Shown piece by piece: positions 44,428 to 55,950 of a stretch of 64,000 nt of DNA; positions within the stretch are counted from its first letter, which is position 1, and the number at the start of each line of letters is the position of its first letter. The notes below the pieces were generated by a model. It was not told where the DNA came from. It saw only the letters and a program-made list of their open reading frames with translations, and ran no database searches. The position numbers were made by a program, and so were the translations under genes. Source of the stretch: the human T2T-CHM13v2.0 reference genome, Homo sapiens. The DNA is taken from NCBI RefSeq assembly GCF_009914755.1, contig NC_060930.1; one strand, given 5' to 3'.

Positions 44428-44616
44428 CAGGGGTTGGCATACTACAGCCAGGAAAACAAATCCAAGCATTTTATTTATTTATTTATCTTTATTTTTAAAG
44501 GGTTGTAAAAAGGAAAACAAAAAAAAAAGGGTGGGGGGTGGGGGGACAGGGTCCTTGTGTGGTCGTGAAAGCCTATTTACTATCTGGCCCTTCATAGAAA
44601 ATGTTCACAAACCTTG
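44428..44616 (+). mobile_element. MER58-like hAT remnant
   Basis: caggggttggc start and atttactatctggccctt...aaaccttg end. Confidence 0.6.
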
Positions 44617-45058
44617 AGAATAATCAAACATTCTGAAATAGTAAGTACAACTTAAGGAGGTTTTACTTTGACAATGTAAGTATAAAAATGTTTTCTCTAT
44701 TCCCATAGTGGAGTAACTAATTTACAGAACAATTAAGTGGCAAGTTAAAAATCAGAATATTTACTAGTGATGTAACTAAGAATATTTAGTTTTGGTTATG
44801 AACAACTTTATTTTGCAAACTTAGGCATGCAAGAAATAGAATTTATGTCTGTAATGACTTAGTTTGTTTCTCATACCACTTAGGGAGCAGAAACTTAATG
44901 TCAGTTGATTTGGGGTTTCCCTTTTTCCCAGGGTTGAGTGTAATTTTGAGGGAGACATCTGGTTACCATGTTTCACACGTTTGTACTGCTGAAGCAGCCC
45001 CTACTCTTCTCCCGGGCTTCCCATCTGTCTCACCTCTAATGCAGCAGCCCTGCTTCCC

Positions 45059-45135
45059 AGTCACACAGCCCCCTAGTTACGCAGCCCCTAGTCACACAGC
45101 CCCCTAGTCACATAGCCCCTAGTCACACAGCCCCT
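45059..45135. repeat. Minisatellite, 5 x 15-16 bp (agtcacacagcccct)
   Basis: Five adjacent units with few substitutions. Confidence 0.9.
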
Positions 45136-45299
45136 TCAGGACGTTTCCCCACTGTTACTTCCTTGCCACTGTCTAAAGCCATTATAGTTTCACTAAACCA
45201 AAGCCAGATTCTTTCTGCTTAAAAGAATTTATTGCCTGTAATTTGGTTAGCATTTGCTTATCTCAAGAGTTTTGAGCCTTTCCTAAGCTCAAGGGAGTA

Positions 45300-45485
45300 T
45301 CACTTTTAGCCTCACTGCATTCTCATTTATAGCATTTGTGACATTATAATTTTCTGAGTCTATTTGCCCCCCTGGCTTCGAAACACCTTTGAAAATAGGC
45401 ACGATTTTGTGTTTTCATTTGTTTCTCCATTTTATAGCAGTTTCCAATACATACTAGGCACTCAAGTATTGGTTCAAGTGAATGA
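45300..45485 (+). mobile_element. L2 3' end fragment
   Basis: catactaggcactcaagtattggttcaagtgaatga terminus. Confidence 0.55.
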
Positions 45486-47373
45486 GTCACTAAATTCATT
45501 ACAGAAGTCTTTTAAGGCTTGATTATATTTTGTCAGCATTGGAGTTACTGTATGCATCAGGGATAAACTTACATTTCCTTTAAATTACTCTTTTACTGGG
45601 AAGACTGGTCTTCCACAATGGAGATTTTGTGTGTGTATAAATATTTACTTATACACACACTTCAGGTTTTCAAAAAGCTTCAGGTAAATATAGTAGAAAG
45701 TGGAACTTAAACTGGTAAGCACAGTAGATATCAAGTTTGGTAGTGCTTTTCATTAAATATTAGAATAAGATCCAGAATAGAATCTAGTATATCATAGATG
45801 CTCCTGGGGAGCCACTGAATGAACTCTGAGCAAGTAAAAAAATAATTTCTTTTAGATACAAATTTTGTTTTGGTCAACAGAAACATCACCTCTTGATGTG
45901 GAAATGAGGTACTCTGAGTGCTTCCTAATTTCCCCAAGTGTTAACTTTGTTGTCTCCTTATCTGCTATCAAAAGTGTCTTCTAGGGCAACAGAAGACATT
46001 GCTTTACACACGTACTTGTCTTGAGCACTATCCAGCAGCTTCAGTGTAGAGCTGAAGCAGATATGAGCCTATGGGGGAACCACACAGAAAACTATATTCC
46101 TGACCATAAAGGCTTAGTTCTCCAGAGAAATGCTATCCTATCCCTAGGTTATAAGTTAATCTTTGTTTATGGACTCTGTTCTACAAAGAAAGTGTTCAAA
46201 TTCCCTGTGAAATCACAGGTGAAGATTATGGGTGGTATTAGAAGTGCTTCTCGTGATTTTGCCAATGAGAAGAATAAGGTAGCCCCCAATAAAACTTACC
46301 AAATTAAAATATGCATGGAGAGGGAGAAAGGTCAGAAGAGTGACTTTCCTAGAACTGAGGTGTAGCTTAATCTATATGTACAAATCTAATAAAGTATGTC
46401 ACTTGAGACTTAAACATAGCCAATATATGTGTTGAGAACTGTCCAAGGCAGCACAACTCAATCCGGGCAACTTGGGCAATCTGGTCCCCTTAGAGTGGTC
46501 TCTGCTGAAGAAGGGTGGATATTTAATCAAGCGTCATCACAAAATGCCTGAAATGCCCCTTGCTACCTATCTCACATCACTTCAATCCCACAGTCATCAA
46601 GTAACCTGCTGATTATGCTTCCAGGAGAGGATGTATTGTGGTTTGGAAATATGAAAATTCTGGTAATTGGAGTATCTTTGATTATAACTGTAACTTGATA
46701 AAGTGATTTCTTTTATGTATATTTATTCATCATATCAGACACATACAATCTTAGTAGATATTGACAAGGTCCAGTTACTACCAAAGGCCATTTGGCTACT
46801 AATTCCTACCTAGATCAAGTTCTGAAATGATGGGTCTTATCTTCTTTAACTGTAGAAATTCAGTAGCCGCGATCCAGTGCCTGAAATAACTACAAGTTTA
46901 GATGTTTGCTGAGTGAATAAGTTACATACACACAAAGCTAATCCATGTTGAGATTTCTTGATAGCCAAAATGATTTTCCTGGAGATCCCAAATTCTGTCT
47001 CCTTGCATATGGTCTTTCTATTTAAACTTTAGCAAAGACATTTGTTCGTTAACATTCTTTACATAATAATTCACAATGTAACTTCCTTCTAAATTTTGGT
47101 GCCAGAAAAAATTATCAGGAGGAAAACTGAGTGCTTCCTTCTATCAAATGTAAAATCTTCATTATCCATCATCTTTTTTCTCGGCTGCCAGAAAATTCCA
47201 AGACATATTTACATATAATCACAATGGCTATTATCTTCTGATAAAATTTCTCCTTTACGTATTTTTTATCTTTAATATATTTAAATATTGTCTACTGACT
47301 TCCTACAGTAAGAGAATTTCTTGAGACATTTTCTTCTTGCTTCTCTTTTATTCCATCTCCTAACATTGTTATA

Positions 47374-47607
47374 CACATTGAGTAACTCTAATTTGAAAAT
47401 CTGAAATCTGAAATGCTCCAAAATCTGAAATTTCTTTAGCATCAACATGATGCTTGAAGGAAATGCTCACTGAAGCATTACAGATTTCGTATTTTTTGAT
47501 TAGGAATGCTCTACTGGTATGTATTCTGCACATATTCTAAAACAAAAAAACTCAAAATCCAAAACACTTCTGTTCCCAAGCATTTTGGATAAGGGATAAT
47601 CAACCTG
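47374..47607 (-). mobile_element. Tigger4a/MER46-like TcMar transposon
   Basis: Ends cccaagcattttggataagggataatcaacctg; TA on both flanks. Confidence 0.85.
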
Positions 47608-47656
47608 TATTACCATTTTAGATGCTGTATTGATTACCCCCATAGCTTTAATCAGC

Positions 47657-48506
47657 TGTAGGGGAGGAAAAAATCTTTTCTCTGTCCATTTTAGGAGCCC
47701 CAGCTGGGGCTCTGTAATAGAAGACAAATTAACAGGAGAAAAGCAAACAAATTAGTAAGAGTTGAATACTTCATATTGAATTGGACAAAGAGTAGTAAAT
47801 TACAAAAATGTGGCAAGACAAAGGGGCTGGGGCCAGGGCAGAAAATGGTGGAACAGTAACTGGGAAAATGAGATATATTTTGCATGTTTGTCCCCTTCAA
47901 ATCTCATGTTAAAATGTGATCCCCAGTGTTGGAGGAGGGGCCTGGTGGGGGGTGTTTTGGTCATGGAGGCACATCCCTCATGAGTAACCGGGTTTGGTGC
48001 TGTCCTAGTGGTAGTGAGTTCTCTATCAATTCATGCTAGAGCTGGTTGTTTAAAAGAGCCTGGAACCTCCTCTGCTTGCTCTCACCATGTGATACGTAGA
48101 TTTCCCCTTCTACTTCCACCATAATTGTAAGGTTCCTGAGGCCTCACCAGAAGCAGATGCTGGCACCAGCTTGCTTGTATAGCCTGAAGAACAGTAAGCC
48201 AAATAAACTTTTTTCTTTGTAAATTACACAGACTCAGGTATTACTTTATAGCAACACAAATGGACTAATACAATAAGGGTTTCTTTAACAAGGTTGGTTT
48301 GTACAGGTTTTTCTCAGCCCTTATGACAAAAATTTAACTTTCCTTCTGGTATAGACAGGACATCTTCCATATGGGAGTTTTTATGTCCTGTTTTAGGAAG
48401 AAAAAGGGGTGGTCAAAGCATCCTTCTTGCATCTGCTGTTACAAGCTCAAAATAATTTGTATGCCAAAATGGCATATTTTGGGGTGGCATACTCTGCTAC
48501 CCTTCA
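47657..48506 (-). mobile_element. MER34-like ERV1 LTR, split by an MST LTR
   Basis: The minus strand starts TGAAGGGTAGCAGAGTATGCCACCCCAAAATATGCC and ends CCCCTACA. Confidence 0.75.
47869..48272 (+). mobile_element. MSTB-like MaLR LTR
   Basis: caaatctcatgtt, cagaagcagatgctggc and the terminal atggactaataca. Confidence 0.85.
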
Positions 48507-49449
48507 AGATATATAATCCCTCTACCAGAGACATATTTCTTAATTTCTCTCTTCTCCCCATCATCCCTCTCATAAAATGAGGATATCAACATGAACTCTT
48601 TTCCCCTTAGGTCTCTTTCCACCCCTCTTCTTCATTCTTCCAGGTTTTCACAACTGTCTTTTTATGTGGTCAAGGTCATACTTAAATTCTGTGCTGTAAT
48701 CAGTGTTTACTGTGCTTTGCCTATGAAATGATTCTAAAACAGTATATTACTGAACTATGTACGTATCTTTCACTGAAGAGCTCGGTAGTATATTTGGAAA
48801 ACATTATTTTCTGTATTGCTTTTTGCTTTCCTGAAGCTCCTGTGTTTCCTTTTCTTTTGCAATATGCATTTTTCATTTCCTTTGGTATGGTAGCACTGAG
48901 CTAGAAGTCAGTTCCAGGGTCCTCATTCTGCCAGTACCTTGTTGCATGGATGAATAATCACTTGTTTGAAGTTTACATGGAACATGACAGCCTTGGCCTT
49001 TTGGAAAGTTGTCACTTTAGATGATCTCTAATTTAGGTATTTTTCAGAAGGACTTCAAAGGAAATATGTTCTTCATTAGTGGAATTCATAACACAAATCA
49101 GCTTCATGAAAATGCAAAGTTAATAAAGGCATTCCACATGACTGGGAGGAAAAAAATACCTTAGTGTTAGAATAAAAGTAAACTTCTAAATATGTAGAAA
49201 GTTTATAGAATCTAGGATGAAAAAAATACATTTAAAAAATACAACTAACAAAATCAAAAGCTAAGAAGTTGGTCTGACAGAAACCAACAAAACATTACTA
49301 AAAGTAATGAAAAGTATATGGAGTATTCAAGACAAATACTTCTAACCTTGTAGGTTTCAAAATCAACCTCAAAAACAGGCTAAATATTCCTCCTTACTCA
49401 AAATAGTTTTTGTATGCTTAAACCATATAGACAAAGCTTAAGGCTTCTT

Positions 49450-50740
49450 TCTAACAAATTCACCTGTCAACTGAATACCTCCCATGTGTAAGAAGCTATT
49501 CTAGGCACCAAGGACAAAGTTGAAAAACCAGATGTTGTGTTTAAGTACTTAGAGTCTAGGCAATAAATCACAATATACCGTACAGGGTGACATGTGGATA
49601 GGGAGGAGCTAGCACCTGTGTGTGGGCAACCTGGGGGAGGAGGGACCTAGGGAGATAATGCTAAGGCTGAGACTTGAAGAATAAGGATTTTCTTAGAAGA
49701 CAAAAGGAAGGGACAGGCATCAAAAGCAGAAGGAATAGTTCGACAGAGTGGGGATGTGAAGACTCATAGCCATGTGAATAATAGGAGCCATTTGTTAGCT
49801 GCCTCATATAACTGGTGTGGGGATGGCAGGGGAACTTGGAGTCAGAAGAGATGCACACCAGAAAGGCATTATCTATCCCATGAAGGCTTATGGAGTTCAT
49901 TCTAAAATAACTGAAAGCTTTTTGCAGTAAAGAAATGAAATAATCAGATTTGTATTTTAAATGTTCAGAAAAGACTGAAAGGAGTCAAGACTTTGCAGAA
50001 AGCCCAGTGAGGAATTTCAAGAACCAGAGTTTATCAGTCTGCTTGGGCTGCCATCACAAAATGCCACAGACTCAGTGGCTTAAACAACAGAAATTTATTT
50101 TCTCACAGATCTGGAAGCTGGAACCTCAAGATTAAAGGGTTGACAACACTGGATTCTCCTGAGGCCTCTCCTGTTGGCTTGCAGACCACTGCCTTCTCAT
50201 TGCATCCTCACATGGCCTCTTCTTTGTACATACACATTCTAGATGTCTCTCCCCCTTCTTATAAGAACACCAGTCATATTGGATTTGGGCTTCACGCAAT
50301 AGCCTCATTTTACTTTAATTACTTTTAAAAGGCCCTATCTCCACATAAAGTATTATTCTATGAAGTACCAGGGGACAAGATTTCAACATATGAATTGTAA
50401 GGGGACACAATTCAGCCTATAACATAGAAAGTGGAGAAGAAGGGACAAATGGAAAGATAGGAAGTAGAAATTAACATGACATGATTGTTTGATGAGTCAG
50501 TTATACAGAAGAGATATGGAGATCTACCTGATTCTTTGTTTAGGCAATCAAGTGTCTGCGGTGCCATTTGTCAAAAAAATGAATGCAGAAGAAGGCTTAG
50601 TTTGCCCCCACAAAAGTGAATACTTCAATTTTCAAAATGTTACAGTTGAAGCAGTAATTTCTAGCTAAAAGATAACTCAAAGTTCAGAGCTTAAGAACAA
50701 GTAGTATAGATAGAAGCCAAGGGTATGTGAGATTGTCCAC
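49450..50740 (-). mobile_element. L2 fragments, split by MLT1A
   Basis: caacaaattc...ctgaatacctcccatgtg...ctaggcacc and later antisense L2 motifs. Confidence 0.6.
50028..50424 (-). mobile_element. MLT1A-like MaLR LTR
   Basis: gtctgcttgggctgccat...ggcttaaacaacagaaatttatt...ggggacacaattcagcctataaca. Confidence 0.85.
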
Positions 50741-50758
50741 AAAGAAAATGTAATATAA

Positions 50759-51152
<394 letters not shown>

Positions 51153-51864
51153 TTATCAAGAGAGATGAAGAATCAGAACAGAGAAAAATGGCACAAAAAT
51201 TAAGGGAGAGAATAATTAACTTAGATATAGTTGTTAATTCCTAAACTTTTTTTCAGAAACTTAATGATATTTTACCTCAAGGATCATGATATATACTTTT
51301 TTATGAGTTCTAATGTGCTTATGTTAGTAAACTAGAATATAATTTTTTATTATTTCTCACTATCCAGAATGTGTTCAAAATACCCTACTGATGTCATACA
51401 GCTTTCATTACATCTTTTGCAAATTTCAAATCTTTAGAATGAAAAATTATCTCTAAAACCAAAATATGATGCCATATATCTTAAATTAATCCATAAACTG
51501 ATTTTTTTTTCCAGGATTAATTATTCTTGACAATACCCCTATTTATATTGAAATACACATTTTGAGGTCAGATGCAAAACAAAAGCTACCTATAACAATA
51601 TGTATGCCTTAAATACTGTAGAGGTTGTAAGTTATCTAATGGACTGATATTTGAACAATATAACACATCTTGGAACGCCATGCTCTTAGAGCACTAACTA
51701 GAGTTTGAAATCTTTTCATGAAATCTACTTGAGTGGTGCTAAAGATTTTATGCAGAAAACTGAAAACAATTTGCATATGGGAGTAACATTCATCAGCTAT
51801 ATTGTAAATATTATTTGGAGGCAATCAGAGAGAGACACTTTAAAATTCCACATCACTCTGGAGA

Positions 51865-52223
51865 ACCTAAGGCACAGATACAGATGATTTATTATGTTTT
51901 CAAAAAGTGACAAAAGGGAATATTAATTCTGGAAGATTTTTAATCAATTTAACACTATTATACATTAGAGGAAAAAATTTTGCACAAACATTCCCTCACA
52001 AAGCCAGTAGTCTTATATTTACATAGCATGATTATGGTAATTTAAAATGTTAATCTATGATACAATGTTACTTCAGAAAACATATAATAAAATATAGTTG
52101 TCTTATAGCCATGCTCCCATTTTTGATGAAAGCTAGTTAGCAAATCCTAATGTTAGTTTAATACTTTAAAAATGCATAACAGATATTCAGTCAGCATTAT
52201 AAAACCTTTAAGACAGAAGGCTG
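51865..52223 (-). other. LMBRD1: LMBRD1 proximal 3'UTR
   Basis: Unique AU-rich sequence between the stop codon and tandem poly(A) signals; the exact end is inferred. Confidence 0.75.
51888..51944 (-). terminator. Tandem poly(A) signals ATTAAA (51939-51944) and AATAAA (51888-51893)
   Basis: Hexamers on the minus strand. UGUA lies at 51961-51964 upstream, and a U/GU-rich tract (ttttgtcactttttg) follows the ATTAAA. Confidence 0.7.
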
Positions 52224-52337
52224 TCAAGCAGAATAGACAGAGGGCTCATCATCACTTATGTCTGAATCTTCATCTACTCCTTCAATAACCGATTTCTTCC
52301 CTTTACAACAGGATACAATTAATCCAATCAAAAATAC
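52224..52337 (-). CDS. LMBRD1: LMBRD1 last exon, coding part (37 aa + TGA)
   Basis: Acceptor aatttacag|GTA is in frame with the previous exon and gives VFLIGLIVSCCKGKKSVIEGVDEDSDISDDEPSVYSA*. Stop TGA is at 52224-52226. Confidence 0.96.
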   Translation of the reverse strand, partial: VFLIGLIVSCCKGKKSVIEGVDEDSDISDDEPSVYSA

Positions 52338-52515
52338 CTGTAAATTTAAATAAGCCATGTGTTATTTTTCAAATTTAAAATCATCTGGAAAGTAATGCTT
52401 TAAAATTCAATGACAGTACTATGATACAAATGGCCTAGTAAGATAAAAAGAGTTTACACATTTAACTATAATTTATAAAGGAAGGTCAAATCACGCGTGG
52501 GATATCTGCACTTAC
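52338..52515 (-). other. LMBRD1: LMBRD1 last intron (178 bp, phase 0, GT-AG)
   Basis: Bounded by gtaagt and tacag on the minus strand; joining the exons keeps the frame. Confidence 0.95.
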
Positions 52516-52607
52516 CCCAAGAAAGGCCCAGTTACCAAAATAGTAAGCAGCACTGAAGAACCAGAACTTGTGAAGGAATAGGTATGTCCGGGTAACAGTA
52601 CACTGAT
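52516..52607 (-). CDS. LMBRD1: LMBRD1 penultimate coding exon (92 bp)
   Basis: Minus strand tttgctttcacag|ATCAGTGT...CTTGGG|gtaagt. It translates (D)QCTVTRTYLFLHKFWFFSAAYYFGNWAFLG, which I recognise as the LMBRD1 C-terminal region. Splice sites are canonical. Confidence 0.96.
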
Positions 52608-53020
52608 CTGTGAAAGCAAATAAAAGACTATGGTGAGATAGGTTCTTTCATAAAATTGATGATTAATACTTTCTCTAAAAGATTATTAACCAAAGCTAAT
52701 GACTAAGATCATATGGCTAGTAAGTGTCAGAGATGGTACTGAAACTTAGGTCTCTCTCCAAAGCCCACTCTTTCAATCACCTTAATGTAGTGTTAAAAAC
52801 TGCCAATTAATATGACATATTAAAAAAAAAATGAATGCCACCAATGCAATCCAGATCTTAAGTATAAAAAAATCATCTTGACTAGTTTGCTTTACTGGAA
52901 ATAGAAGAATCATTTTTACTTGGAGTGTCAGACATATCATAAAACAAAAAAAAAGTTTTCCTGATGAACATCAAGAAGAAAGAACAAAGTAATCAGATGT
53001 GGTCAGTATTAAGTTGCACT

Positions 53021-53703
53021 TGTAGGGGCAGAAAGGTCTAATACCTTTCCTCACCCATTGTAAGTTTCACGGTCAACACTCCTATAACAGAAGACAGGTT
53101 AACAAGAGAAAAGCATAACAAATTTATTTAGTCAGTTTTACATGACACAGGAGGCTTCAGAAATGAAGACTCAAGGGAAAACTGTGTATTTTCAAGCTTC
53201 GTCAATGAAGAATGGAGAGCTAAGAGCTAAGAATAGAGAGTAATTGGACAAAAGTGTATAACCAAATGGTAACAGACTGAGCGGGGAAAGCCAGCAAGGT
53301 CTGTATGTTCAGATTCTTCCTGGTCTTTCTACACAGCATCCCCTCCTTCAAGGTATAGGGCAGAACTCCTTTTGGAATGAGGGTCTTATGACCTACTATT
53401 AGACAAGGTAGGTCATAGAATTTCTTTATGGCCAGCTCCTACATAGAAAGGCAGGGGAAGGTTAGAATAATATTTCTAGGTTTATGGCTGGCTTTGGAAA
53501 AGTGGGGTTCTAATTTCTATGACATGGTTGGGGGAAGAGAAGTTCCAGTTTCTATGGTCTGCCTTGGGAGAGAAAGGGGAACAGAAGAAAGAAGGGCAAG
53601 GGAAGGTTGAAAGGATACTTTGCTTCTGGGGGTCTTCCAATATCCTTCAGTTCAAAGTACTTAGCATGTTACAGTGTGTGCTATCATTTTCTTATCCCCA
53701 ACA
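53021..53703 (-). mobile_element. MER39-like ERV1 solo LTR (same sense as LMBRD1)
   Basis: TGTTGGGG...CCCCTACA termini; perfect 4-bp TSD cact; AATAAA at 53123-53128. Confidence 0.82.
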
Positions 53704-54060
53704 CACTTTTCTAAGAAACCAATTCTCACGGCAGCTCAAGCTTGAGAGGTTTCTTTCAGCTTTTATCTTTTTATGACTGCTATTGAATGGATGACTACTA
53801 CTTCTAAAGAAATAGGAAAATCATTATTTACTGATGTGATTCCTGTTTGAACTTTAGACGGCATTATAGATGTAATTAAAAATAAATCATATATTTTTCT
53901 CCTTCAAATAAAATGTAACTCTCAAAGAGAAAGTAGCAGACTGGTTATTTGATATTTGTGTAAACCCCATATTAGTTTTGTACAAATACATTATTTCCAT
54001 TAGTTGCAAAGTCATCTACACATATTCAAGCCATTCAGAGAGGCCTGTGGCAACACAGTA

Positions 54061-54560
54061 CAGTTGACCCTCAAGCAAAACAGGTTAGAGTTGCCAACCA
54101 CCACACACAATCAAAAATCCACATATAACTTTTGACTTCTCCAAAACGTAACTACTAAATAGCCTGGTGTTTTCTGGAGGCCTTACTGATAACACGAACT
54201 ATAGATTGACACATATTTTGTATGTTATGTATATTACATACTATGATCTTACAATAAAGTAAGCTAAAGAAAAGAAAATGTTATTAAGAAAATCATAAAA
54301 AGTGAAAATATATTTACTATTAAGTGGAAGTAGATTATCATAAAGGTCTTTATCCTCATTGTCTTTACATTGAATTGGCTGATGGGAAGGGGAAGGATGG
54401 GGAAGAGGAGGGGTTGGTCTTGCTGTCTCAAGTGGCAGAGGTGGAAGAGGTGAAGGAAGTAGAATAGGAGGCAGGAGAGGCAACTGAAACTTTTATTGAA
54501 AAAAAATCTGGCATAAGTGAACCCATGCAGTTCAAACTTGTGTTGTTCAAGGGTCAACTA
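54061..54560 (-). mobile_element. Tigger2a-like TcMar transposon
   Basis: TIRs cagttgaccct...agggtcaacta; TA on the left flank. Confidence 0.85.
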
Positions 54561-55104
54561 CATTATGTAATTGAGTGTAAAATTATATATGCTGCATCTA
54601 ATAGAGGATACTAACCTCACAAATTTCAGAAGGCCTACTTCTTTTCAGTCTGTTAATTACAAAATAAATTATAATTTCTACATATTTTTATTCAAAATGG
54701 ACAATGGCAAAAAGATCCTACATGCAATTAGAAGACCAATCTCATATCCTATTGTTAATCAAGAAAATACACCTTTAGTTCTATTTTTCTGAGCTCTCTT
54801 CTCAGCTTCAATAAGTAAGTGTTCTTTTCTCTCAAAACATAAAATTGAGCTGAGGGCTACATAGTCCAGCTTATTACATAAGGGATCTAATAACACTTTT
54901 TTTGTTCCTGTCACATGGTTTTCCAAAAATAGCATTAAAGTTATATTTTATCAACATATAAGACTTGTTACATAAAGCTTCAGATATGTGATGTAAAGAT
55001 TTAGATAATCTAAATTTTATCTACTCTAAACCCTTCCACTGTACTTCAACATTTACTTCTGAATTGCTCAATACCAAACTGAACAAACCTGTCTCTTTCT
55101 GGTT

Positions 55105-55145
55105 AAAACAAAAAAAAAAAAACAAAAACAAACAAACAAAAAAAA
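55105..55145. repeat. A-rich/(AAAC)n tract
   Basis: Seen directly in the sequence. Confidence 0.85.
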
Positions 55146-55734
55146 TCACACAGTTTAATAAAGAAGCAACTTCTTCCTTTTAGGAGCAAGGACTACCAAT
55201 CTAATTCCTATCTATTGAGCCCCCAAAGGCTCCCTTCAGAGTCTTTCTTCTCTTTATCAACAGAAAAGTCTAGAATGAATATTCACAGTTTTCTAAGAAA
55301 ACCAGAAAGCCTTTAAGCAGCATTAGCTGGACATATTTCTGTCTCCTATAGTTACCATAGATGAGTACAGCTTTACACTAGGTGCTGGGAGTTCAGACTC
55401 ACAGCAGAGACTCCTGGATAGAAAATTTGTCATTTACTTCGTGCTCCCACCACATTTTATTCTCACTTTTATTACAGAACTTACTTCACAGTGATATAGC
55501 TATTCAATTTGTCATTTTTTTTCCAGTAGATATACTGAGTATCCTAAAATACCATTGGAGTACTCAAATCCATTCATATTCAATGACTGTTGACGTTAAA
55601 AGGGGATATTTTAAATTTATATTAATTAAATAGCCCATTTTCTAATTTTTAAAAATTGAAATCTGACAAGATTCCAAGGGTATAAAAATGAGAAAATTGA
55701 ATATATCTTGAAATTAAAGCATAACTAAAATGTC

Positions 55735-55950
55735 CAGCATGGTGAACGAAGAGCCCAGGCTCCGGACTCTGACAGACTTGGAGGTGAATAGCATTTGGTC
55801 ACTTTTTTGCCATGTGTACAGGCAAATCTGAACTGTGGAGCCTGTGGACTTATAAAAAGGGGATATCACCATCTTTCCTCACAGAATTGCTATAAAGATC
55901 ATATGACATATACATCAAAAGCCCCAGGCAAAGTGGCGCTTAATATTAAT
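55735..55950 (+). mobile_element. MIR
   Basis: cagcatggtgaacgaagagcccaggctc...cctcacagaattgctataaagatc. Confidence 0.6.

Noticed and set aside
46021-46365. 114-aa ORF
   Set aside because: TTG start, no recognisable domain, and a length within chance expectation.
55090-55145. Orphan poly(A) insertion or a microexon after a U-tract
   Set aside because: No TSD found; the 10-nt exon would need a weak GTTTGT donor.
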